DNA of 63,254 nt, the filler included, from Octopus bimaculoides (lineage: Eukaryota): the NCBI RefSeq assembly GCF_001194135.2. It is 5 parts of 4 records of this genome, joined end to end, with 100 filler letters (N's around TTAATTAATTAA, not from the genome) between each part and the next. Parts side by side here need not be neighbours in the genome. Positions count along the whole stretch, not along the records: positions 1 to 29,916 come from NC_068983.1; positions 30,017 to 48,229 come from NC_068998.1; 3 more parts are not named here. One strand, 5' to 3'. The first letter of the stretch is position 1, and the number at the start of each line of letters is the position of its first letter. A program made the position numbers and the translations under genes. Below are positions 24,001 to 36,660 of the stretch, one piece after another. The notes beneath the pieces were generated by a model. It was not told the origin of the DNA. It searched no databases and saw only the letters and a program-made list of their open reading frames with translations.

Positions 24001-25675
24001 GGTCTGTTCCTTTGTTAGTTTGCTGTTACACTCTGCCTTGATCAAGTGCATGCATACATTCACATTATTTATTGTCTGTGGCTACTGTTTTGCTGAAACG
24101 TGTAACATATAACCTATGCTAATTTTATTCACTCATCATTTCTTCTTTGGGTTTGAGACTATAGAATAATCCATGTAATGGGTTGAGTTTATGTACAATC
24201 CATGTAGTAGGTTGGCTGAAGTTACATGTCTCTTTGCGCTGAAGGTAGTCATTAATGATAAGGCTTTTACTTGGTCAAGAAAGTTGATCTCCCTATTCCA
24301 TTATCTCTCAAACATAAAAATGCCAACAACTCTTAGCTAGATGCACCTCTGTCAAACAAATTTATATTTCTGCTTATTTAATGTATCTTATTTACTTTGC
24401 GTCAGTCTTTAGTTGAAGTTAATCCTTGCTGTAAAGTGCAATTTGTGGTCATAAATATATTGTGCTTTAGCTTCAGAAATACTAAATGTATAGAAAATAA
24501 ATACTCTCTTGGACTTATTCACAAGATTTGTGAATTCAGAAAAGTGAATTGTTTTAACTAGAAACAGTGTTTTGTCTCTACAAACTGATATAGAATGGCA
24601 GTAAACACTTGAATAACTGAGTTTGCAATGCTTCACCCTGTTTTACTTGCAATTTGTGGCTGGAAATCAACAACCTGAAGAGGCATGACTTTACCATGGC
24701 TTATTTTTATGACAATCATCATAAAAATGAAGTCCATCACCTGTTACAGGTATTGCAACATCTTGAATTTATTTAATTCATCCGCTGTAGTTATCAGAAA
24801 GTGCTGTAATGGTCTAGATCTTACTAATAGAATTGTATTGTGCTCAGCACTAAAAGCTAATGAAATACAAACTTGCTACTCAAAGTGGTTTCTGTTTTTA
24901 GCTAACTAGATTAGTGCTTACTAGCAGGACCTGTGAATATTTCATGGAATTAATGATAAACCTATTGGGTTATTTCTGAAACTTTATCCAAAAAACATGA
25001 AAGTGTAGCCTGTGTTATGTTTGTATGGAAAGATAGTTGCTCATCTGCTACTCATTGAAAAGTGAAAGAAACTGGAATACGGTGATTACTTAATGCACTT
25101 TATATACTTTATGCACAATTCTATAGACTTAATAATACACAACACTCATAAAATAAATATTCACTCTTATTTTTCCATTAAGGAAAAAAATATCCCATAC
25201 ATATGATACAATCTTTAGTTAAATTACATATATCTGCCACATAAATAAGCATGAATATTTCATGGAATTGCACTTATGTGCATGTGTTAAGTGATAGGTG
25301 ATATAAAAAAAACTTATTTCAATTAAAAAAATAACACTTTTCACTGTCCATACACCACCACTACCACTATCATATCTTCCTCTCTCTCCTCCTCTCTTTC
25401 CCTCCTCTTTCTTTCTCTCTGCCTTTCTTTAACCTCACCGTCAGAACGCCACCCTTCTGCTAAAATTATATTTCTAACTCTCTTTCTCTATACCACTACC
25501 TTCAACTAACATTTTTAACCACTTAATAAATATTATGCTCTCTCTACCACATGTCATGGATGTTCTTTTTATCTCTTTTCTGTCTTACTCTTTGCTTTAT
25601 CCTCTTTTCCTCCCTCCTCTCTTTCCCTTCAACTTGAAAACATTACAATTACGTTCCCTCATCATGGATGCTTCA

Positions 25676-26060
25676 CTCTTTTTCTCTCTTCTTTTCTTTC
25701 TCCCTCTTTTTCTCTCTTCTTTTCTTTCTCCCTCTTTTTCTCTCTTCTTTTCTTTCTCTCTCNNNNNNNNNNNNNNNNNNNNNNNNNNNNNNNNNNNNNN
25801 NNNNNNNNNNNNNNNNNNNNNNNNNNNNNNNNNNNNNNNNNACTCTTTTTCTCTCTTCTTTTCTTTCTCCCTCTTTTTCTCTCTTCTTTTCTTTCTCCCT
25901 CTTTTTCTCTCTTCTTTTCTTTCTCTCTCTTCTTTTCTTTTTCCCTCTTTTTCTCTTCTTTTCTTTCTCCCTCTTTTTCTCTCTTCTTTTCTTTCTCCCT
26001 CTTTTTCTCTCTTTTCTTTCTCCCTCTTTTTCTCTCTTTTCTTTCTCCCTCTTTTTCTTT
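25676..26060. repeat. Polypyrimidine minisatellite, ~28-bp unit CTCTCTTCTTTTCTTTCTCCCTCTTTTT, interrupted by a gap
   Basis: Directly visible tandem units made almost entirely of C and T. Confidence 0.9.
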
Positions 26061-26439
26061 AATCACATGGAAGCGTTACTGATGGGCTAAGTAACATAAT
26101 GACAAGCAGAATTTTTAAAAGATTCAGTAATTCATGCTTTTACTGGTAGCAGGTTATAGATTTTTGACTTTTCAATCAAAAAGTTTGCAAAGAAACCCTA
26201 CAGTAGTTGATGCTAAACTTGAAACAAAATAGGTAAATATTGAATTGTATTGAGTAGGTTTCACATATGCCATGTCAAAATGAATGTTGAATAAGGGTGG
26301 AATTATAATCAGTTAGTTTTAAATCATTTAAATGGAACTTTATCATATAAAAATTCTGCAAAACTGTTTCTAATTTTAGAATTCAGTGAGTATATCTTAA
26401 TAGTAAACTTGTTTCCCTTAGCTTCTGAGCAGCATCCAC

Positions 26440-26473
<34 letters not shown>

Positions 26474-28052
26474 GAAACACCTATTGCTTCAAGTTCACAT
26501 GGAATTGCTAACAGGGTGAATGAAATTGAAATATTAACTTGGCTCTTACCAAAGATGAAATTTTTCTCATTTGTTTCTTAATGTGGGTTCCTCATCAGTA
26601 TTTTATATATATCTTAGCTGTACTTTTAATTTTATCTTAACATCAAATGTAAAGGTTTGTTTTATTTTTTAATTTTTCATTTCAAAATATTTTTTGGGTT
26701 TCCTTTGCATTGCTATGGGATGACACATTTGTTTTTCTCAAATTGCACATAAAATCTTGAAACATTACTCTCTGAAGAAGAGAAAAAAGTCTAAGCATCT
26801 TTCATTTTGGGCAAAACATCTATTTTTTATTCAGCTACATTGAAATGTTGAGCATAGTGCCTTGTCCAAAGGATATGCAATTTTTTCCCTGCTTGCTACT
26901 TCCATAACTACTTTGCCAGTATACGTATGCTATAAATATTTGATAATGAGATGTCTTTCATTACAGTTTGCAAGTTAGGTTGAAGTGAGAGAAATTTAGT
27001 AATGAGGGTAGAACATGTTGGTTCACATTCCAATGGCTAGTGACAAGTGAGTTGGAGGAACAGATTTTATAGCATGATTTCTGTTCCTTTGTTTAATTGT
27101 TAAAAGTGTAAAGATTGTTAATTTCTCTTTCATTGTCTTTTGCATATTTTATGTACACCAAACAAGATGTTATTATAACACTTAGTTTTAACATTTATTA
27201 TAACACTTAATTTTAAATTGCTTTTAATACATAACGATGTATTAAAAGTAACTTAAATCCTGTGATTCAGTTTGCAGAGCAAGTTGACTTCAGTCAAATA
27301 TGAGGACATTTTGCTCATTTTTATGATAGTGAAATTCAATGTTTGCAATTAGGATGTATCTATTTTGTTCTTGATTTCTGATCTACATATTTAGAAGTGT
27401 CTGCAATTGAAAGATGCATTTATTTACATTTAACATAATTAGTAGAACTGGGGAATATAAGTAGTCTACATTGACATGAAAATTTCTTCAGTAAAAAGTC
27501 AAACTGTGAGGTACACTGGTGAGCAAGGTCTTTCTTTAGGGAATGACCAGTTGGGTACTAGAGAAAATAAGTGTGAAAAGAGAAGAGAATAATCACAATG
27601 GTGTGGTGCATATAAATATTTAAGTGATGCCGACATTAAAGATTTTTCTGGTTGATACATCCTCAGGACTGGATTTCCTCTTTGGATGAGTCTCAGCAAT
27701 TACTACTTGTCTATGAAGCTTAGACAAGAGCCATATTGAAGTACACACATGTATAGCACAGACTGTATCAAAAAATTCAGTCTTGGATATTTACCTGCAT
27801 GACAAAAGTTGCTCATCAACTTCTGGTGCATATATGTCCTACCTCCTTTCTGGGCCTTTTTTGCTACTATTATACTAGTCTTTGCTTCTTGAATTTGGTT
27901 TTGTATCACCTTCACTCAGACACTCATCAATCGTTTTTTCTTGTGTCTATTGACTTTCAACTGTTTGAGAATATTAACCACCCTAGTCTCACTGATCTTA
28001 GAAGGCCTGTGCTTTCCTGACCAAAACCAATAAAATAAAAGCAGAAGTTAAA

Positions 28053-29510
28053 AAGGGGTTTATTTTTGGCTAGATATTTCTCCTGTAGTTGCTTAACCAG
28101 GAATATAGCATCAGTCATGCTCCTACCTGGCACAAATCTGAACTGCATCTCATCTACACTAATTCTCTCCCTAATTAATTGGGCTATGGAGAAAGCCTTA
28201 GGCAGAGACCCCAGCTCCCTTATCTTGTGGTCAATGGGGGAAACTAGGGATAGATGAGTGGTTGGTGAGAGCTGTTCAAGCCATGTACGGGGATGCTGTC
28301 AGAAAGGTGAAGGTTATCAATGAGTGTAGTGATGAATTTAGGGTGCAAGTAGGGCTTCACAAAAGATCAGTCCTCAAACCCCTCTTATTCATCATAGTTG
28401 CCCAGGCAATAACAAAGGAATTTAATATGGGCTGCCTCTGGGAGCTCCTCTATTCTGATGACCTTGTTCTTATAGCTGAATCACTACCAGAACTAGAGAA
28501 GAAATTTCAGACATGAAAGCAAGGTCTAGAATCTAGCAAAAACCAAAATCTTGATAAGTAGGAGAGCAGACAAATCACAAATCCCTTCAAGTAGATGGCC
28601 TTGCTTGATCTATAGAAAAGGCATAGGTATAAACTCCATAAGATGTACCCAGTGTAAGCTGTGGACACATAAAAGGTGTAGCAATATGAGAGAAAGGTTA
28701 ACAAGGAAAATAGTTTTTGTGTGTGGAAGGTGCATAGGTACAATTAACACTAAAAATGTACAGAAAATAGACTCCATCAAATTCCTGGGGGAAAAACAAG
28801 AAGTAGTCGATAGCTTCTGTTACCTAGGCATCCAAGTCAGTAGCAGGGGTGGATACTCTGAGAGTGTAGCTGCAAGAACAACCTGGGTAAAGTTCAGAGA
28901 ACTCCTACTTCTGCTAGTAACAAAGGGCCTCTCTCTCAGAGTGAAAGGCAGTGTGCGGACAGCCATGCTAGATGGCAGTGAAGCATGAGCTGTGACTGGT
29001 GAGGACATGTGTAGGCTCATAAGAAATGAAGCTGATATGCTTCGCTGGATGTGTAATGTGAGTGTGCATGCACAACAGAGTGTAAGCGTCCTGAGAGAGA
29101 AGTTGGGCATAAGAGACATCAGATGTGGTGTGCAAGAGAGATGACTGTGGTGGTATGGTAATGTGATGCATATGGACAAGGACAGCTGTGTGAAGAAGTG
29201 CTGCACTCTAACAGTAGAGAGAACTTGTGGAAGAGGTAGACCCAGGAAGACATGGGATGAGGTGGTGAGGCATGATCTTCGAATGTTGGGCCTTACGGAA
29301 GCAATTACAAGGAACTGAAACATTTGGCAATATGCCGTGCTTGAGAAGACTCGTCAAGCCAAGTGAGATCGTAGTTGTGGCCAATGCCAGTGTTGCATAA
29401 CTGGCATGTAAAAAATACCCTTTGACCATTGGGTCATATGCTGTGCTTGAGAAGACCTGTCAAACCAAGTGAATTGAAGTTGTGGCCAAAGCCAGTGCTA
29501 TCTGACTGGC
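28053..29510 (+). mobile_element. RTE-clade LINE with an inverted 5' segment (28053-28187 minus; 28186-29366 plus; partial 3' UTR)
   Basis: Minus piece: IAQLIRERISVDEMQFRFVPGRSMTDAIFLVKQLQEKYLAKNKPL. Plus piece: MEKA...WLVRAVQAMY...LYSDDL...CTQCKLWTHKRCS...GRGRPRKTW...LEKTRQAK*. Same family as 3716-5700. Confidence 0.9.
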
Positions 29511-29916
29511 AACTATGCCGGCAGTGGCCCGGGAACAAAATTTGCTTAGGGGGTGCAAACTCAGTTTCAAAATTTGGCACTACTGGAGAAGTGTGGATCT
29601 GAGTTCTGGGAGTGTGCATATCACAAATTTGCGCATGCGCCCGTGTTAGTCGTAAGTAGTCAAATTTAGCACACAGGCAAAAAACGAGACGCTCGCTACT
29701 TGCTGTAAATGGAGGGTGGGTTATCCATCTAATACAAGAAGAAAATTGCAGATTAATTGAATAAAAACATGAAAAATAACAAAATGACATTTCATTGAAA
29801 AGTAAACCATTCTGAAAGATAGTTCAGAATGTTTTCAAAACATTCATCTCCAGCTTTTCCCATATTTTATTAAGGGTTGGGGATTAGGGTTAGGGTTTAA
29901 AGTTAGGGGAGGTGAA

Positions 29917-30016
29917 NNNNNNNNNNNNNNNNNNNNNNNNNNNNNNNNNNNNNNNNNNNNTTAATTAATTAANNNNNNNNNNNNNNNNNNNNNNNNNNNN
30001 NNNNNNNNNNNNNNNN
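29917..30016. other. Synthetic scaffold joint (44 N + TTAATTAATTAA + 44 N)
   Basis: Exactly 100 bp; identical structure at 48230, 57468 and 62114; the 12-mer puts stop codons in all six frames. Confidence 0.95.
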
Positions 30017-30537
30017 TATATATATATATATATTTGTTTCCTCTTTGTCTTTCAATGGCGATGGTGGTGGTGGTGGTGATGGCAGCGGTTGTAGTGGTGC
30101 CGCAAATGTGGTGGTGGAGGTGGTGGAGGTTGTTGTTAAAGTGGTGGAGTGGTGTATATCTGTATACGCTCAGAAACAATGCGCACGCATACGCATAGCT
30201 GTACGAAATGAATATGTTTACAAATATATATATATACATGGATACACACACACACACAAACACACACACACAAACACACACACTCACACACACACACGTA
30301 CCTGAATATATTTTCATATTACTGTACATAAACATACGCACGCGTATGTGTATAGCGCTTATACACACACACACACACAAACGCAAGTATGTATGTATGA
30401 CAATGTAGCTAAGAACTTCCCTTCAAATTCATGTAGTTTCTGGTTCAATCTCACTAAGAAACACCATGGGAAGGTGTCTAAGGACCTTGTAAGGTGATTT
30501 TATAATCGTGGAAAGGTGCACAAATGCGTGTTATGTA

Positions 30538-30597
<60 letters not shown>

Positions 30598-30611
30598 TAC
30601 ACACACACACA

Positions 30612-30844
30612 TATCGCTCAGTTAGGGTTTGGCACTCACCATCTTGTAATCGTGGTTTCAATTCCCAGATCGGAAGTGCAGTGCAAAACTCATCATTTCA
30701 CGTTACACCATTCCACTCAGCTGCAAAAATGAATAGCCCTGCAACGGAGTGAGATTCTATTTAGTGGGGAATGTTGGCGTGCCCATGAGTGGAAGTGCAT
30801 TGTGATCAGCGATGAATAACACGATCCAATACTTTGGTTGATAC
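30612..30844 (+). mobile_element. Decayed tRNA-derived SINE
   Basis: Head ..CTCAGTTAGGGTTTGGCACTCAC...GGTTTCAATTCCCAGA resembles the heads at 38248 and 53802. Confidence 0.55.
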
Positions 30845-31283
30845 NNNNNNNNNNNNNNNNNNNNNNNNNNNNNNNNNNNNNNNNNNNNNNNNNNNNNNNN
30901 NNNNNNNNNNNNNNNNNNNNNNNNNNNNNNNNNNNNNNNNNNNNNNNNNNNNNNNNNNNNNNNNNNNNNNNNNNNNNNNNNNNNNNNNNNNNNNNNNNNN
31001 NNNNNNNNNNNNNNNNNNNNNNNNNNNNNNNNNNNNNNNNNNNNNNNNNNNNNNNNNNNNNNNNNNNNNNNNNNNNNNNNNNNNNNNNNNNNNNNNNNNN
31101 NNNNNNNNNNNNNNNNNNNNNNNNNNNNNNNNNNNNNNNNNNNNNNNNNNNNNNNNNNNNNNNNNNNNNNNNNNNNNNNNNNNNNNNNNNNNNNNNNNNN
31201 NNNNNNNNNNNNNNNNNNNNNNNNNNNNNNNNNNNNNNNNNNNNNNNNNNNNNNNNNNNNNNNNNNNNNATGTGTGTGTGTGT

Positions 31284-31448
31284 GAGGGGCTTCTTTCAGT
31301 TTCCGTCTACCAAACCCACTCACAATGCTTTGGTCGGCACGAGGCAATAGTAGAAGACTTTTGCTCAAGTTGCCACGCAGTGGGACTGAGTACGGAACCA
31401 TGTGGTTGGGAAGCAATCCTTTTATCACACCACCACGCCAGCGCCTAT
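31284..31448 (-). mobile_element. SINE family A, 5' half
   Basis: Same core as 169-335; ends in (TG)n at a gap. Confidence 0.88.
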
Positions 31449-31485
31449 ATTTGTGTATATGTGTAATATATATATATATATATAA

Positions 31486-31538
<53 letters not shown>

Positions 31539-32244
31539 AAGATATATATAATTCTTCCTCATATGTCTATCACTTGACCATGTTTCCACACCTCTTGACA
31601 CACATTAGGGCACTCCAAAACCGATATACTAACTTTGGTTAATACTCCTAGACTTTGCAAGGCTTTCCAATTGAACCTGGTGCCTGGTCAAAATATGTCC
31701 CTTCTTACAAGTACATACATACATACATATATATGTATACATATACAAATATTTATGTGTACCAGTTTTCACAAATTCTTTTTTCTTTGGAAACTTACCA
31801 GAGAACGAGGCAATGATTTCCAATGATCATAGCTCTGCAATATCAACGCCGTCCACTTTGGAGGAATGTTATCCGAGTTTGCCACACTTTTCGGAGAATG
31901 TTCTTCTCAATCGGAAAAGAATTGGTACAACTCGAGATATTGTGTCAGCTCAAACAATCCTCCTCTTACGTTTTTGTCAATTGTTTAATCACATAAGGCC
32001 ATAGTACCGACAAACTTGTTAAGTCGTTGTATACTCTCGGGAATTAACTAGTTTTGCTTAGATAAACTAAAATTGAATTACTTTGGTTCATTTACATCTA
32101 TTTATTGTACGCACGCACACACACACAAACACACACATACACGCATATATTTATATATACACACACATACTTGAAATGTATACTCATATATGTAAACATA
32201 TATATACGTGCATATATGGGTGTGCGCATATATTTGTATATAAG

Positions 32245-32293
32245 ATAGGTAGATAGAGAGATAGATAGATAGATAGATAGGTAGGTAGGTAGG

Positions 32294-32362
<69 letters not shown>
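32245..32362. repeat. (GATA)n/(GGTA)n tetranucleotide array
   Basis: Directly visible. Confidence 0.95.
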
Positions 32363-32363
<1 letters not shown>

Positions 32364-33085
32364 AGCAGGAAGACGAACGGGCAGAAAGACAGGCAGGCAG
32401 ACAGGCAAGCAGACTGTGAAGTACAGTGAGATGGATAATTAAAACGTTCGTTCACACATCCATGTAGACAATTTTTTCACAGAAACGGATATAAACACAC
32501 GCACACACACACACACATTCACAAATACACTTGGTTTCCTACACAGCCATTTAAAAAATTTATTGATGTGTTTTTTGTGGTGTTTACTTTAAGATTTCCT
32601 CTTCAATAAAGTCCGTTAACCAAAAGTCACCGTTAAATGGAGATTTACTTAGTACATCTCCGTTTGTCATTGGTTGGGATTAAACATGAACTTCCGGTCG
32701 ACTCTTCAAATGGAAACCATCTTGAAAACAATCTTGTATTATCATACACACACACATGCACACATATATGCAGACACACACACACACGCACACATACATA
32801 CACACTCATAAACACACATATGCACACACACACACACACACACACTATTACGCGCACACGCTCTTACGCACCAAATAACGAAACACACTCTTACTCATTA
32901 CATACACTCATGGACAATTATAAACATATACACACATTTATACGCATGCGCACACACAGGCGCACACATACATTTATACGCACACATTCTTATACCGCAT
33001 TCAAGGAAACACTCTTTATACACATAACATACATATACACGCACACACAAACACAGATGGAGAAATATAAACACACATCTGCCTA

Positions 33086-33136
<51 letters not shown>

Positions 33137-33394
33137 TACATGGATACACATGGGTTGGACATTTGCAAATACATACATAAACACAAATAATCACACACAT
33201 TAAAAAATTCTTTGACAGAAAATACATATACATACAACATATGCAAAGAATATATATACATGCATATACTGACAGAGGCACGGATACACACACGCACATA
33301 CATACATACATACATGCATACATACATACGTATATACACACACACATATATGTATGTGTGTGTGTGTGTGTTTGTATGTTTATCATATCATCTA

Positions 33395-33690
33395 TTTCTT
33401 TCAGTCACTGGACTGCGGCCACGCTGGGGCACCGCCTTAAGGGGTTACGTCGAACAAATCGAGTCCAGGACTTTTTTGAAACCTGGTATTTATCCTACGA
33501 GACGCGTTTGCCGAACAGCTAGGTTACGCAGACGTAAACAAACAAACACCTGTTGTCAGGTGGTGGAGAAAACGCTCAAATATACACGCAGACACACATA
33601 CACACAAACACGTGTGTGTGTGTGTGTGTGTGTGTGACGGACTTTTTCCAGTTACCGTCTGTCACATTCACTCACAAGACTTCGTTGGTT
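33395..33690 (-). mobile_element. Older, diverged SINE family A copy
   Basis: TTTCAGTCA.TGGACTGCGGCCACGCTGG.GCACCGCC...CAGGTTACG..GACGTAAAC..., then (TG)n, then GACGGAC.TTTTCCAGTTACCGTC. Confidence 0.75.
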
Positions 33691-33719
33691 GGATGTGAGG
33701 TTAATTTCACGCCAATAAA

Positions 33720-34132
33720 TAAGAATATGTGATCATTAGATATCCAGAAGATTCAGTTATCCAGTAACCCTCCGGTGTTGGAGATGCCAGATAAGAAAGA
33801 ATTTACTGTACAAAATTTGTAAGCAAACACAGTATAGGAGATGGATGCAAACAACACAGATTTATATACAACACATTCATGGACAGATAAAGAAAGATCA
33901 TCCAGATTAGCATAAAACTTATCTCTTTTACTCTTTTACTTGTTTCAGTCATTTGACTGTGGCCATGCTGGAGCACCGCCTTTAGTCGAGAAAATCGACC
34001 CCAGGACTTATTCTTTGTAAGCCTAGTACTTATTCTATCGGACTCTTTTTGCCGAACCGCTAAGTTACGGGGATGTAAACACACCACCATCGGTTGTCAA
34101 GCGATGATGGAGGGACAAACAGAGACACACAA

Positions 34133-34163
<31 letters not shown>

Positions 34164-34430
34164 CGACGGGCTTCTTTCAGTTTCCGTCTACCAAATCCAC
34201 TTACAAGGCTTTGGTCGGCCCGAGGCTATAGTAGAAGACACTTGCCCAAGGTGCCACGCAGTGGGACTGAACCCGGAACCATGTGGTTGGTAAGCAAGCT
34301 ACTTATCACACAGCCACTCCTGCGCCTATGTTGGGATTTTCTCATTGATGGACTATCATCTTTAAATGTCCGTAGAGACACCGGTTTTACGCCAACCCTT
34401 AATAAAGGATTATTACTTAAACCAACCAAT
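33720..34430 (+). mobile_element. Decayed Penelope-like GIY-YIG remnant interrupted by a SINE
   Basis: Joining across the SINE and frameshifts gives ..KIQ...V.VGE..RNLLYKI..KHSI.RMDANNTDLY..IKKDHPD*HKNLCWDFLIDGLSSLNVRR...FTPTLN. Confidence 0.55.
33924..34329 (-). mobile_element. SINE family A, full length and young (CpGs retained)
   Basis: Complete head, core, (TA)n tract, 3' half and (GAGTAAAA)n tail. Confidence 0.95.
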
Positions 34431-36049
34431 TTACAAGTTTGACGCAATTCTCCATAAATAAATCAGTTGGTGTTGTTACTGCAGTTGTTGTTATATTGTT
34501 TTACCCCAGGTTATGCTTGAGCAAAATGACCTATGATCAAATCCATTCCACCCATGCCCTTCCTGTCTATGTACTAAGTGCTAGGAAACCAAGACTACAT
34601 CGTCCAGTATTTATATTTAAGCGATCGCAAGGTGGAATCCGACTACTATTTTTAACCGATCGAGGGACCACATAGAAGCTTTCTCATTGTTACTATGGCT
34701 GCCGTCTAAAAAATTATGTACGACATTGCCTGCCGCCAACCATCTTTACACAATATAAAGTCCACCATTTTGGCTCGTCGTGGTGGTTGTTGCTATGTTG
34801 TTATTTTTAATTAGTTTTCTGTGAGGCTATTTCTATATTTGTGTGTATGTGTATATATGTGTGTATGTGTATATATGTGTGTGAGTGTGTCAGTGTATGC
34901 CTTTGTAAATATCTACTTAAACATATGCGAGTCTATGCTTGCTCTTTGTATGTGCATGGGCGTATGTGTGTATGTATACAAATATGGTTTTTATAAATAT
35001 ATATGTGCGTGTATGCACATACATTTTGATGTATATGTGTATGTATATATACATTATGCATATATATATATATATACACACACAAACATATATATATATA
35101 CACACAAACACACATACACAGACACGCACAGAGAGATGTATATATACTGTATGTTAGATTATGCATGAATGCGTGCGTATATATGTGTGTGTGTATGTGT
35201 TTATACACACACACACACACACATTCTGTGCGTGCGTATATAAGTCTATATATATATATATATATCTATATATATATATATATATATATATATNNNNNNN
35301 NNNNNNNNNNNNNNNNNNNNNNNNNNNNNNNNNNNNNNNNNNNNNNNNNNNNNNNNNNNNNNNNNNNNNNNNNNNNNNNNNNNNNNNNNNNNNNNNNNNN
35401 NNNNNNNNNNNNNNNNNNNNNNNNNNNNNNNNNNNNNNNNNNNNNNNNNNNNNNNNNNNNNNNNNNNNNNNNNNNNNNNNNNNNNNNNNNNNNNNNNNNN
35501 NNNNNNNNNNNNNNNNNNNNNNNNNNNNNNNNNNNNNNNNNNNNNNNNNNNNNNNNNNNNNNNNNNNNNNNNNNNNNNNNNNNNNNNNNNNNNNNNATAT
35601 ATATATATATATATATATATATACAAACATATATATATATACAAACATACATACATACATATGTACATACTTCTTAAACACGGTGTAAACTATGCAACTA
35701 TGCCTTATGAATATATATAAGCGAAAATAACCTTTATATGTGTGTGTTCGTGCGTATGTATGTGGTCGTGGGTGTGTGTGTGTGTTTGTGCGTGTCTGTG
35801 TGTGTGTGCATCTATGATATTCACTGACATTTCTAAGAAGTAAACAATATGATGCGGGGGTGGATATTAGCTGACCGGGAAGGTGGTAGAGAGATAGGAA
35901 GGGTGGGTAATTAAGACACAGATTTCAATATGGCCGATATGGTTTGATGGATCAGTAGTAGAGGGGGGGGGGCTGTAGAAATGGTGGATAAATAGAAAGA
36001 CTGATGGGAAGGTATATACATATGTGTGTGTGTGTGTGTGTGTATTCTT

Positions 36050-36140
36050 TTATTCTTTTCTTTTTTACTTGTTTCAGTCATTTGACTGCGGCCATGCTGG
36101 AGCACTGCCTTTAGTCGAACAAATTGACACCAGGACTTAT
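36050..36140 (-). mobile_element. SINE family A 3' tail fragment
   Basis: TTACTTGTTTCAGTCATTTGACTGCGGCCATGCTGGAGCACTGCCTTTAGTCG. Confidence 0.85.
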
Positions 36141-36249
36141 ATATATATGTGTGTGTGTGTATTGTATATATTTATGCTAGTATTGACGAACAGACAGACA
36201 GATAGACAGACAGAGAAGTAGACAGATAGATAGATCTTTGTGGTGTTAT

Positions 36250-36660
36250 GAAGGCAGTGTTGTAGCAGTGTTGCTAGGATAACGTTGTTAGGATAATATT
36301 ACAGCATTGTTGTTAAACGGTGTTGTGCTGTCAGAACAATGTTATTGTACTGTTTTTAGGAGTGTTATGAGGACAGTGTTGTTAGGACAGTGTTGCAGCA
36401 GTGTTGTCAGGACAGTGTTGTAGTAGTGTCGTTAGGACAGTGTTATTAGGACGATGTTGTTAGGACAGTGTAGTTATGATAGTATTGCTAGGACAATCTT
36501 TTTATGACAGTTTTGTAGCAGTGTTGTCAGGAGAGTGTTGTTATGACAATGTTGTAGCAGTGTAGTTAGGACAGTATTCTCAGGGCAGTGTTGCGTTGCT
36601 AGAACAACTTCGTAGCGTTGAAAGTAGGACTGTTGTTAGGCTGATATTGTCCTAGTATTG
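36250..36660. repeat. Degenerate minisatellite (GTGTTGTTAGGACA / GTGTTGTAGCA units)
   Basis: Many imperfect tandem copies with no unique spacers. Confidence 0.85.

Noticed and set aside
25535-26090. K/E/R-rich and F/L/S-rich ORFs
   Set aside because: They are translations of the CT minisatellite across a gap.
29884-29908. Telomeric (TTAGGG)n at a scaffold end
   Set aside because: Only two adjacent units plus one separated unit; too short, and such motifs occur inside dispersed repeats.
29961-29972. TTAATTAATTAA recurring four times as a possible conserved motif
   Set aside because: It is always centred in exactly 44+44 Ns, so it is a synthetic six-frame-stop spacer and not biology.
33740-33818. 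Apparent 79-bp exon (DIQKIQLSSNPP...; ag/gtaagc) of the same length and phase as the scrib exon
   Set aside because: It has no polypyrimidine tract and no LRR spacing, and the region is better explained as a decayed Penelope GIY-YIG sequence.
36250-36660. CRISPR-like repeat array
   Set aside because: This is a degenerate tandem minisatellite without unique spacers, in a eukaryotic genome with no cas genes.
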